DNA from: Candidatus Omnitrophota bacterium
GTDB lineage: Bacteria > Omnitrophota > Gorgyraeia > Duberdicusellales > 4484-171
Assembly: GCA_041652815.1 (NCBI GenBank)
Contig: JBAZGN010000001.1
Coordinates: 182,315-246,314, forward strand
Direction of reading: 5' to 3'
DNA length: 64,000 bases
Both the position numbers and the translations under genes were made by a program. The notes beneath the pieces are model-generated. The model searched no databases, was not told where the DNA came from, and saw nothing but the letters and a program-made list of their open reading frames with translations. Positions 55,307 to 64,000 of the stretch are shown in pieces (the first letter of the stretch is position 1; the number at the start of each line of letters is the position of its first letter).

Positions 55307-55485
55307 AAACCAAATTTCAAAAATTTATGCCTTAATATCTGTAACAAAAAATTTGCCAACATGTTTGTTCATCTGTTGATTTATCAGATTCAACATCCAA
55401 CAATGTTTCGGGAAATTTTTGATTAAACACAATTAGGAAATTGCGCTTTTTAACAAAAAACAATGGCTCCTTTATAAATTAATTT

Positions 55486-56643
55486 CTAAATAGTTTTTCC
55501 TAAATATCTACGAATATAATATGGCGCTATCCGTAAAATGTGTTTAATATTTTTTACTGGCTTATATAATAACGAAGTTCTGTAATTAGCGCCAAAATCG
55601 CAGAAACAATTTCTGCATTCTCTAAAATATATATCACTCTTAAAAATCTTTTTATATTCTTCTGCTGCTTTTTTCCAGATGTTGGCGATATCGCCTTTTT
55701 CTATATTTTCTATCGGCCCGATATGGGTACATGCTAATATATCTCCATTATAATTAATATGAAGATAATTATACGGCGTGGAGCACATAAATCCTTTCAT
55801 AATTTTTTTAAAAAACAATTTATCGGTTTTTGCATATTTAAAATAATCCGTTATCCATAATCGCAAGAAAGGCAATGTTGTAGACATTCTGGCTTCCTTT
55901 GCTGTTCGTAGAGCGTCTGAAATATATGTAGTAAGTTCATCCAAATATGGCGTATCTATATAAAAGGAATCCTTTTCCATTTTTTCTGTCTTATAATCAA
56001 CAAAGATTGGATCAATGCATACTGGCTGAAAATTTATATGGCGTATTTTTTTAAGAGACACTGCCCATTTTATTAAAGCCGATAAATCCTTATAATTCTG
56101 TTTACTAATTACTGTTGACAAGCAATAATTTGTCTTTATGGCTTCCGATTTTTTGGAAGCCATAAATAATTCTATATCATGGAAAAGCCCTGCTTTGCCA
56201 CGGAAATTATCCTGCCTATTCGCGTCAGGATAATCTACAGAAATAATAATACGCCTTATGTTAGCCCGATTCAAAATAATTATTTGTTCATTGGATAATG
56301 TATTTAATGTGCTGCCATTTGTAGTTATGGCGCTAATGACTAATGAATTCCTATAACATAAGTCCAAAAGATACCATAAATTATGTGCCATGAAAGGTTC
56401 ACCGCCGGTAATATAAACATCCTTCACCTTCATCGTAATCATCGCTTCTACGATTTTATCTAATTGAGAAATAGATAATTCTTTATGGGGGTGAGTTTCG
56501 TTTTTAATATTTGAGATTCCGATATCACAAAATTTACATTTGAGATTACAATTATTTGTCAAATACAATATAACTTCAATCGGCGAAAAGGGTCTATAGA
56601 AATGGTTGACAAATGATTTAATTATCTTATTTACCTGCAACAC
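55486..56643 (-). CDS. Radical SAM enzyme with C-terminal SPASM/twitch-like cysteine cluster
   Basis: CNLKCKFC (CxxxCxxC) near the N-terminus, and C-terminal CTHIG...CRNCFCDFG cysteines. Confidence 0.75.
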   Translation of the reverse strand: MLQVNKIIKSFVNHFYRPFSPIEVILYLTNNCNLKCKFCDIGISNIKNETHPHKELSISQLDKIVEAMITMKVKDVYITGGEPFMAHNLWYLLDLCYRNSLVISAITTNGSTLNTLSNEQIIILNRANIRRIIISVDYPDANRQDNFRGKAGLFHDIELFMASKKSEAIKTNYCLSTVISKQNYKDLSALIKWAVSLKKIRHINFQPVCIDPIFVDYKTEKMEKDSFYIDTPYLDELTTYISDALRTAKEARMSTTLPFLRLWITDYFKYAKTDKLFFKKIMKGFMCSTPYNYLHINYNGDILACTHIGPIENIEKGDIANIWKKAAEEYKKIFKSDIYFRECRNCFCDFGANYRTSLLYKPVKNIKHILRIAPYYIRRYLGKTI

Positions 56644-56729
56644 TTTCTTCTTTATTTTTAATCAAATGTTTTAAGGAAACAACTAAAGTTTTTGGGTTCC
56701 CCAGCGCAAATTTAGCTAAATTGATTATG

Positions 56730-58121
56730 TTATAAATTTACAATATTTGTTCTTTGCGTTATTTTCCAATTTTGTATGGCTAAATTAAATGTTGCCATAA
56801 TAAAACTAATATGGAACCAAAACATATTTACTAAAAATTGGTCGTCTACTGTATTAATAAAAATAGAGACTACAAAGGCAGAAAACATACCGACTACGTG
56901 AGCATTAAGGCTCAGTGCAGTATTTCCAGAGAACCGTATTGCTCTAAAACCTAACGAAAAAATTCTTACTAACAGTAATATTATGGAAATTAAGCCTAAA
57001 ATTCCTATATCAGCTAATGAGCGTATAAAAATATTAGTTACCCAAAATTCTCCTTCAGCGGTACTTGGGCTACTCCCTATCAAGGGGTGTTCCCTCCACG
57101 CTCGAAAACCATAATCCCAAGTAGTCATACGCGCCTGCATAGTTTCTGTTTGAAAATTTATATCTTTAGAATAACGCTGAGTTAACATTTCCTTTATACC
57201 ACTATATTGATCTATGTCTTTGGTTATCAATGCATTGAATAGTGCAACAAAAATAAAACCGCCGATTACTAATCCCATGGATCTCCGCACAAAAACCACA
57301 GTTTTATTCTGAATAGATAAAATAAACCAGCTGAAACATAACGAAATAACTATACCCAGAAAAGCTGACCTTTTGAAAGATAATAACATTGCCACAATAA
57401 ATATAAGAAGAAATAAATATTTCTTTTTTACTGAAAGAAAGGTGGAACGAATATACAAATGATTAAGTATAATAATCGTAAAAAACATCATCTGTAAACC
57501 GAAATAGTCACCCGCTTCATGTTGCATACCGACTATCCGCCCACCCAAATCTGTACTGATTCCACCTATATTAATATTGAGCATAATGAATAAAATATAA
57601 GCAATCACCCCATATATTGCCGAAATTATCCCTAACCAAATATAATATTTTAAGATACGTTCATAAATTTCCCTGCTATTTAATAGGCCCATCACGGCGA
57701 AAATAGGGCAAAAAATCACAACAGAAATAAGAGTTGTCTGCAAACTACGGGAAACATTGGTTGAATTAAATATAGTAGAAATTAAACTAATGATGATAAA
57801 AAGTGATAACGGTAAAAATAAACGATTACTAAAAATTATGTGCTTATATTTTATGCTAAATAACCATTTAAAAAATAAAAGCAAGCCCATAATTTGGCTT
57901 GGTCTAATGCGAAAATTTGAAAATTCCCAAACAAAAGTATCCAAGAATAGAGAAAATATAAAAAGATATAAAAAAAATTCCGCCGGTAGGCTAATAAATA
58001 AACTTATGCTCAGTAAACTAACGATTACCCATAAAACTGCCGAAGTCTCCTTATCGTTGATAAAATAGATAATTAAAGACCCAATAACTAAAAAAACTAA
58101 AATGTATATTAAAATTTTCAT
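56730..58121 (-). CDS. Polytopic membrane protein, probable polysaccharide polymerase (Wzy/EpsG-like)
   Basis: Twelve or more TM helices with one large loop. No Wzy_C HN motif was found, so the assignment rests on topology and context. Confidence 0.4.
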   Translation of the reverse strand: MKILIYILVFLVIGSLIIYFINDKETSAVLWVIVSLLSISLFISLPAEFFLYLFIFSLFLDTFVWEFSNFRIRPSQIMGLLLFFKWLFSIKYKHIIFSNRLFLPLSLFIIISLISTIFNSTNVSRSLQTTLISVVIFCPIFAVMGLLNSREIYERILKYYIWLGIISAIYGVIAYILFIMLNINIGGISTDLGGRIVGMQHEAGDYFGLQMMFFTIIILNHLYIRSTFLSVKKKYLFLLIFIVAMLLSFKRSAFLGIVISLCFSWFILSIQNKTVVFVRRSMGLVIGGFIFVALFNALITKDIDQYSGIKEMLTQRYSKDINFQTETMQARMTTWDYGFRAWREHPLIGSSPSTAEGEFWVTNIFIRSLADIGILGLISIILLLVRIFSLGFRAIRFSGNTALSLNAHVVGMFSAFVVSIFINTVDDQFLVNMFWFHISFIMATFNLAIQNWKITQRTNIVNL

Positions 58122-58197
58122 TTTCTTATTTTGAAATGAATCTCCACGGGCTAAAGTCCGGGGATAATCGGTCTGAAATTACATTTAATAAAGAATC

Positions 58198-59019
58198 TCA
58201 AACCCATAACTGAATCAAAACAGGCCTTCTGGAATACTGTGTAATTCCTCTAAGTTGATACCTATATTCTGGAACAATCTGCCTTATGAAACTTATCATC
58301 TCTTTATATTCATTGTCTCGATGATATGCAGCAATTACCATTTTAGGTTTATATTTTGAAATGATACCCTTAGCACCAATTAACATTTTCATTTCCCAGC
58401 CCTCTAAATCAGCTTTTATGTAAGTTATTCTACCTTTATCTTTCAATAAATTATCGAGAGTAGTTACTTTCACGTCCCCTTTTATTGATTCGACAACACT
58501 ATTATTAATTCTGTTTCCGGTTGTTTCTGCAAAGGCATCTTTATCTCCTATCGCAGTATTAAATAATTCTATTTTCCTCGGAATAAAGGTCTTAAAAGTT
58601 TTTTCTAAAGCACGGAGAAAAAATTTGTTAGACTCAATAATAAAAATATTTTTACACCTATTGACTATTGAAAGAGAAAACAATCCTTCGGCGGAACCAG
58701 CATCAACCACAATATCGTCTTTACTAATCTGGGTAGGTCCATATTCGTAATTATGCCAGTCACTTATATCAAAAGTTTCAGCACAGACTTGATATAAATC
58801 ATTTAAATTATATTCGCAAGGCAAATATAATTTATCTTGTATCGACTTAAAAGATATTTCTATAAAATCTTCTAAATAAGTAATATTCTTTATAAAATTG
58901 CGACCTGTGGTTTTAACCTGTGGTTTTTTAAGAAAATTAAATAACTCTCTTATTGTGATATTATAGCGGTCTTCAAACAGCCAAGAATACAATATCTTAA
59001 TCCTTCTATTAAGAATCAT
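58198..59019 (-). CDS. FkbM-family SAM-dependent methyltransferase
   Basis: VVDAGSAEGLFSL (SAM motif I) and IKADLEGWE, the FkbM hallmark. Confidence 0.7.
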   Translation of the reverse strand: MILNRRIKILYSWLFEDRYNITIRELFNFLKKPQVKTTGRNFIKNITYLEDFIEISFKSIQDKLYLPCEYNLNDLYQVCAETFDISDWHNYEYGPTQISKDDIVVDAGSAEGLFSLSIVNRCKNIFIIESNKFFLRALEKTFKTFIPRKIELFNTAIGDKDAFAETTGNRINNSVVESIKGDVKVTTLDNLLKDKGRITYIKADLEGWEMKMLIGAKGIISKYKPKMVIAAYHRDNEYKEMISFIRQIVPEYRYQLRGITQYSRRPVLIQLWV

Positions 59020-59081
59020 TTTTGGCCTTTCCCTCTTTCAACGGATAGATTCATAATGCCCCCATCAACAAAGAGAATATT

Positions 59082-60293
59082 CTATGCTCTTTCTATCTTC
59101 GTTAACAAAAAATCTATAGCATTTGTTACTTCTTCGATGCTAATTATATCCATGCAAGCGCTTATACCATTTTTTGTATGTTTGCAATGAGACAAAGAGC
59201 AAGGGCGTTTACAAAAATAATCTTTTTTTACAATATAGACATTTTTTTGACAAGGGCCTGTAATATCGGGATCGGCAGGCCCGAAGATTGCAACGGTAGG
59301 CACAGAAGAAATACAAGCAAGATGCATTATGCTTGTATCTGGACAAACAAGTAAACTGGCTTTTCCTAGCAATATAGAAAGCTCGCTAATATTTAACCTA
59401 CCGCAAAGATTTATAACTTTATTGTTTTGCATTAGTTTAACAATTTTCTCTGTTAAGGGGGCTTCTTCTTTGCTCCCAGTCAATATAATATACCATGCAT
59501 ATTTGTTTTTTATAAAATCGGCCACCTTGGCATATCGGTTTAGTGACCATAATCTCTTATTTTGACTTGCGCCAGGGTGAATGATAGCGAAAAAATCGTT
59601 CTTTCTTAGGCCATAAGATTCGAAAACCTCTTCAGCTTTCTTAATGTCTTCACGACAATAATATATTTGAATTTTCTTATCAATTTTCTCAATACCGATT
59701 TGTTTGAGTAAATTAATTTTTCTTTGTATAATATGCAAAGATGCATCAAAAAACACCGGTTTGCTTAATAAATATGCTCCTCCTGTTCTATCGTAACTTA
59801 AAGTATATTTTACCTTTGGTAAAAAAAGAAAGAATATAATATTACGGATGTCCCCTCTCAAATCAATTCCCAGATCAAAATTTTTTGATTTTAATAGCTT
59901 AGATATCTCTTGGTAATGTTTCAAATATCGAAAACAATTAATTGCTTGCGAGAAATTTATCTGTTTAGAATATACCCAAGGACAACTCTCAACTATAATT
60001 TCGTCAATATAAGGATTGTTCTTTAAAATTTCACTGCCAATCGAGCTTACCAAAACCGACATACGAGCGGAAGGAAATTTATATTTTAATGCAGCGAAGA
60101 TTGGTATTGATATAATTACATCGCCTAACGGTTCTTCTTCTATAACAAGAATCTTTTGTGGATTGATTTTGGTTAACTCATTTTTTTTTATATCCCACAA
60201 ACCTAAAAATCTTCCAGAATAAAATATAATTTTACCGATGCAATCAAGGACTAATGCTATTTTTTTATTAACTGGGTTATCTATTTCAATCAT
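59082..60293 (-). CDS. Glycosyltransferase family 9 (heptosyltransferase-like) with a Cys-rich C-terminal tail
   Basis: ILVIEEEPLGDVIISIPIF is the GT9 N-terminus; C-terminal CKRPCSLSHCKHTKNGISAC. Confidence 0.65.
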   Translation of the reverse strand: MIEIDNPVNKKIALVLDCIGKIIFYSGRFLGLWDIKKNELTKINPQKILVIEEEPLGDVIISIPIFAALKYKFPSARMSVLVSSIGSEILKNNPYIDEIIVESCPWVYSKQINFSQAINCFRYLKHYQEISKLLKSKNFDLGIDLRGDIRNIIFFLFLPKVKYTLSYDRTGGAYLLSKPVFFDASLHIIQRKINLLKQIGIEKIDKKIQIYYCREDIKKAEEVFESYGLRKNDFFAIIHPGASQNKRLWSLNRYAKVADFIKNKYAWYIILTGSKEEAPLTEKIVKLMQNNKVINLCGRLNISELSILLGKASLLVCPDTSIMHLACISSVPTVAIFGPADPDITGPCQKNVYIVKKDYFCKRPCSLSHCKHTKNGISACMDIISIEEVTNAIDFLLTKIERA

Positions 60294-60385
60294 ATTAATA
60301 AATATCCAACAAAAAATTATTCTAATTTTACATACTCCAAAAATTTTTTGATGGGCATGTATCTATTTAATATATTGATCACTGT

Positions 60386-61534
60386 TTACTCTGGATTTAA
60401 GTAAATTCTTTTCTTCTTTTCCTTTTGGATCTCTTTATATACTTTAATTGTTTCTTTAGTAATCTTATCCCAATTATGCAAGTTGCGCACTGCTCTCGCA
60501 GCATTAAGCCCCACTTTTTTTACTATATCCTGCCGTTCTACGAGATATTTTAGCCGCTGGCTTAAATCATTTACATCATCAACTTTGAACGTAAAACCAA
60601 TAGTATAATCTTCTCCTATTTTACAATTCTGTAATATTTCAACATTAGCTGGGATATTGCTAGCTATAACACATCGACCAAACCACATAGCTTCTAATAA
60701 CGCTATACTCTGACCCTCTACGCGCGATGGATGAACATATAGAGCAGCATTAGCGTATAGAGTGGCTAATTCTTGACCAAAAACATATCCTGCAAAAACG
60801 GCTCTGTCTTTCCCAATCTCTTTAAGCTGTTGGATATAACTAAGGTGCTGTTTTGAATCCCCCACAACAGCTACTTTCAGTTTCTCCGGCAAACATTTTA
60901 CTGCTTTTAGAAGTATCTCTATCGCGCGATCTGGTATAATTCTACCTACAGTTAATATATAAAAACCGGCTTGTAAACCGTATCGTTCACATATATCTTG
61001 CCCACCTGGGTCAGGTAAACCCACGCCATTTGGGATAATGTAGGGTTGACGACCTGTAACGCGTTTAACTTCTAGGGCGAGGGGCGTAGATACAGCAATA
61101 AATCCGTCTGCTAAAGCAGCAGAGACTTTTAAACATAATCGGAGATAAATTCTCCCAAGGCTTCCCCATTGTGTTTCTTCCCAAGATGGAGCGTGAAGTG
61201 TACAAATCACTATAGGTTTAATCAAGGGGGACATTATTGCAAGCCATTGTATCCCCAAATTGTGTAAATGTATTATATCAAAATTGTCAAATTGAGCCAT
61301 CACAAATGAAATAAGAGAATGACTTATTGTTTCTAGATATCTAAAGGGGAACCTTGGAAGGCGAATTAATTTTACTCTTCCTAATCTTTCTTTTGATAAT
61401 GTATAATCATTTCGACAGAAGACCGTTACTTCATGCCCCTGTTCTGCTAATCTCCTGCTTAGATTCTCTACATGATGCTCAATGCCACCGTATTTTGCTG
61501 GTATACCTTTTAATCCCACAAAGGCTATTTTCAT
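60386..61534 (-). CDS. Glycosyltransferase family 4 (GT-B)
   Basis: EGQSIALLEAMWFGRCVIASN is the EX7E motif region. Confidence 0.8.
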   Translation of the reverse strand: MKIAFVGLKGIPAKYGGIEHHVENLSRRLAEQGHEVTVFCRNDYTLSKERLGRVKLIRLPRFPFRYLETISHSLISFVMAQFDNFDIIHLHNLGIQWLAIMSPLIKPIVICTLHAPSWEETQWGSLGRIYLRLCLKVSAALADGFIAVSTPLALEVKRVTGRQPYIIPNGVGLPDPGGQDICERYGLQAGFYILTVGRIIPDRAIEILLKAVKCLPEKLKVAVVGDSKQHLSYIQQLKEIGKDRAVFAGYVFGQELATLYANAALYVHPSRVEGQSIALLEAMWFGRCVIASNIPANVEILQNCKIGEDYTIGFTFKVDDVNDLSQRLKYLVERQDIVKKVGLNAARAVRNLHNWDKITKETIKVYKEIQKEKKKRIYLNPE

Positions 61535-62991
61535 GATTTACTCATTAACATCTTCAGAAATTTCAAGAACGTTGTCGCCTTATGCAAGCAATCTCCCGCT
61601 GAACGTATTTTCAATATCTGTCGAATAATCTTTTGGGGGCGACAATATTGATAAAAATAAGCCTTTTTCAAAAATTTCTTCATTTCCTCTCCACTAACAT
61701 TTGGCAGGGAAATTATTGCCTCCCTTGAATTATCAACAGGCATGAAATCGTTGGTGGGCGTAGTGAACCATCTGTTAGCTTTCACAATATCATAATATTC
61801 TGTATTTGGAAAAGGTAATATGATACCAAAATGGGTGAATCGAGTGTTTAGCTTGTTTGCTTCCCTAAGCGAATATGCTATATCCTCTTTAGTTTCCAAA
61901 GGCGATGCCCCCATAATTACCGATATCTCTGGCTCTATACCGCATTCTCTCAATGCATTGACAGCAATCTTAATATCTTCCGCTTTCATTTCCTTACGAA
62001 TATCATCGAGAATCGCCTGTCTAAAAGATTCGGTCCCCATATACACCAATTGACAACCTGCTTCTCGCATTGCTTTAAGTATTTCCTTATCATGCATTGC
62101 CGCTGCCCTCGCAAGACAAATCCATTGCAATCCTAAACCTTTTATCCCTTGGCAAATTTCCAATGTTCTTTCTTTGCCCCAAATAAATTGATTATCACAT
62201 ATCTCGACCCCTTTATAGCCCAATTTAGCGATATCTTTAAATTCCTCAATCACATGTTCTACTGAACGTAGACGAAGCGGCGGCCTGTTTGTGTATTTAA
62301 CTTGTCCTTTCTTATATTCTATTTCGATTGCCTGATCAATTGCGTTCGGTGCACAAAATTTACATCGAAAAGCACATCCGCGCGACACGCACATATTTGT
62401 TATCGGAAAAACATTTAGTCGATTGATTCTATATAATCCTTTATATAACCTTCGATCGGGTAGTGGCAAAGTATCTAAATTAACGAAACCTCTCGCTTTA
62501 TTATGATGCACCTCTCCATTTTTCAAGTATGAAATTCCACAAATATTCTGAAAATCTGGATTTTTAGTAGAAAAAAGTTCTTGGATAGTTCCCTCTGGCT
62601 CACCGCGAATGACTACATATCTTAAATCATATAAAAACATCTCTGGTTTCCATGTGGGTGAAGTTCCAGCAAAGACAAATTTTGTTTCGGGATAAAACTC
62701 CCCTATCATTTTAGCTGCCTTTAGATCATCTTCATTGGACAAATAGACTGTAAAAAAATAAACCCAGTCAAAAGCGTTTGTTCTAATGAAGTTTAAGAAT
62801 GCGTCTGTATTTATATTCTCAGCCCTACAATCCATAAGCCTGACTTCATGGCCTAATTGCTGTGCTACAGTTGCCTGACTTAACAAATGTACTGGGGGGG
62901 TATAGCCAAAACCATAATTGCAACCATAGGTCCGATCTGGAATGCCTTTCGGGTTAAAATCAACTGGCGGGACCAGAAATAATAGTCTCAT
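61531..62991 (-). CDS. B12-binding-domain radical SAM enzyme
   Basis: N-terminal Rossmann-like B12-binding-type domain (RLLFLVPP..., ...FVFAGTSP) and CVSRGCAFRCKFC (CxxxCxxC). Confidence 0.75.
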   Translation of the reverse strand: MRLLFLVPPVDFNPKGIPDRTYGCNYGFGYTPPVHLLSQATVAQQLGHEVRLMDCRAENINTDAFLNFIRTNAFDWVYFFTVYLSNEDDLKAAKMIGEFYPETKFVFAGTSPTWKPEMFLYDLRYVVIRGEPEGTIQELFSTKNPDFQNICGISYLKNGEVHHNKARGFVNLDTLPLPDRRLYKGLYRINRLNVFPITNMCVSRGCAFRCKFCAPNAIDQAIEIEYKKGQVKYTNRPPLRLRSVEHVIEEFKDIAKLGYKGVEICDNQFIWGKERTLEICQGIKGLGLQWICLARAAAMHDKEILKAMREAGCQLVYMGTESFRQAILDDIRKEMKAEDIKIAVNALRECGIEPEISVIMGASPLETKEDIAYSLREANKLNTRFTHFGIILPFPNTEYYDIVKANRWFTTPTNDFMPVDNSREAIISLPNVSGEEMKKFLKKAYFYQYCRPQKIIRQILKIRSAGDCLHKATTFLKFLKMLMSKS

Positions 62992-64000
62992 GCCTCTCCT
63001 TTCATTTTTGTCTTCATGTAGACTTCCTTAAAAACTCCTAATGTTTCTTTTGCTGCTTTTCTCCATAAAAACATCTCTGCGCGATTAAGTCCTTTTTGCT
63101 TAAGTTCTAATCTCAGATTATCATTTGATAAAACTTCATACATACCTCTGGCTATCTCCTCGACAGAAAAGGGGTTAACTAGTAAAGCTGCGTTCCCCGT
63201 TATCTCTGGTAGGGAAGAAATATTTGATGTTACTACAGGACAAGCGCAAGCCATAGCTTCTACCACAGGCAAACCAAAACCTTCGTAAATAGATGGGTAT
63301 ACAAAAATATCAGCCGCATTGTAAAAAAGGGGCAGTTCTTTCTCCGAAACATAACCAATAAATACTACTTCTTGCAGCAAATTTAAATCCTTAACTTTTT
63401 GAAGAACTTCATCATAACACCATCCTTTCGGACCGCATAAAACTAATTTGTGTTCAATAAGTTTCTCTTTTTTAAGTATATTAAAAGCGGAAATCAGCCT
63501 AATAAGATTCTTTCTTGGCTCTATAGTCCCCACATTTAAAATAAATTTAGGGAGTATATTGTATTTAATTTTAATCCAATTGATTTTATCAATATCGTTA
63601 ATTACTCTAAATATTCCCCTATTACAGCCATTGTAAACAGCTTTGATTTTTTTCGGGCTTATTTTTAATAATCTTGAAATTTCTTCTTTAGAAAAATTAG
63701 AAACGGTTAAAATCACCGTTGCCAATCTTTTTATTATGGGTATAGTGAGTTTTAAATAAATTAAAAAAAAAATCTGGACTGTTTCTGGATACCTAACGAA
63801 AGTTGCATCATGAATAGTAAAAATAACCGGGCATGGAGAAAATATTGGGCATAAGTATCCGGGGCAGAATAAAATATTTATTTTATCTTTTTTCAATAAA
63901 ATCGGTAAAGATATTTGTACCCAAAAAATAGTCCTTATCCAATTTAACAATATGATAAATATGTTTTTGCTATCTCCCAAAATAATTCTTTTCTTCTTTG
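62988..64000 (-). CDS. Glycosyltransferase family 4, 5' end beyond the window
   Basis: EGFGLPVVEAMACACPVVTSN. The frame stays open to the window edge; the ORF-track start is a TTG. Confidence 0.7.
   Translation of the reverse strand, partial: KKKRIILGDSKNIFIILLNWIRTIFWVQISLPILLKKDKINILFCPGYLCPIFSPCPVIFTIHDATFVRYPETVQIFFLIYLKLTIPIIKRLATVILTVSNFSKEEISRLLKISPKKIKAVYNGCNRGIFRVINDIDKINWIKIKYNILPKFILNVGTIEPRKNLIRLISAFNILKKEKLIEHKLVLCGPKGWCYDEVLQKVKDLNLLQEVVFIGYVSEKELPLFYNAADIFVYPSIYEGFGLPVVEAMACACPVVTSNISSLPEITGNAALLVNPFSVEEIARGMYEVLSNDNLRLELKQKGLNRAEMFLWRKAAKETLGVFKEVYMKTKMKGEA

Noticed and set aside
1-64000. CRISPR arrays, rRNA genes, integrases or transposases
   Set aside because: No regularly spaced direct repeats with unique spacers, no rRNA-like conserved blocks, and no recombinase-like ORFs were seen. 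The repeats present are palindromic rather than CRISPR-like.

Overview
This is an AT-rich bacterial chromosomal segment, coding on the minus strand for roughly 85% of its length. All calls are made by eye from the translations and sequence; no searches were run.

From the 5' end the window holds:
- **1-7842:** a two-partner-secretion pair. A giant filamentous-haemagglutinin-like TpsA (over 1940 aa, running off the window edge) sits downstream of its FhaC/ShlB-type TpsB transporter.
- **8024-11663:** a divergent plus-strand signalling operon: a putative FIST sensor, a histidine kinase, and a REC-GGDEF-like protein with a non-canonical GGDDF signature.
- **11755-12665:** a free-standing LAGLIDADG homing-endonuclease ORF directly upstream of tRNA-Leu(GAG).
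- **12765-42445:** a long run of minus-strand housekeeping and accessory genes. These include Rex, hypE, Nnr, RarA, an M42 peptidase, a YkfC/YkfB-like peptidoglycan-peptide recycling pair, RumA, a nitroreductase, Era, an M20 peptidase, a PilZ-(alpha/alpha)6 fusion, a transglutaminase-like protein, an aminotransferase, Lrp, hypD-hypC-hypF, an exonuclease, YjbQ and CsaA.
- **42808-64000:** a large polysaccharide-biosynthesis and export locus of about 21 kb. It carries Wzy_C, Wzc, Wza, an outer-membrane barrel, PglC-like, GT4 and GT9 glycosyltransferases and an FkbM methyltransferase. Embedded in it are c-di-GMP components (a stand-alone PilZ and a HAMP-GGDDF sensor), two radical-SAM enzymes (one SPASM type, one B12-binding) and a geranylgeranyl-reductase-like flavoprotein.

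The intergenic DNA is unusual. Almost every gap is a dyad-symmetric element built from a locus-specific short word. A ~150 bp 'ggttattg' palindromic element recurs three times. Two GC-rich structured non-coding islands are present, at 18.3-18.8 kb and 31.5-31.75 kb; the second resembles a c-di-GMP-I riboswitch leader in front of the PilZ fusion gene. A phased ACGAAT x3 array occurs at two loci.
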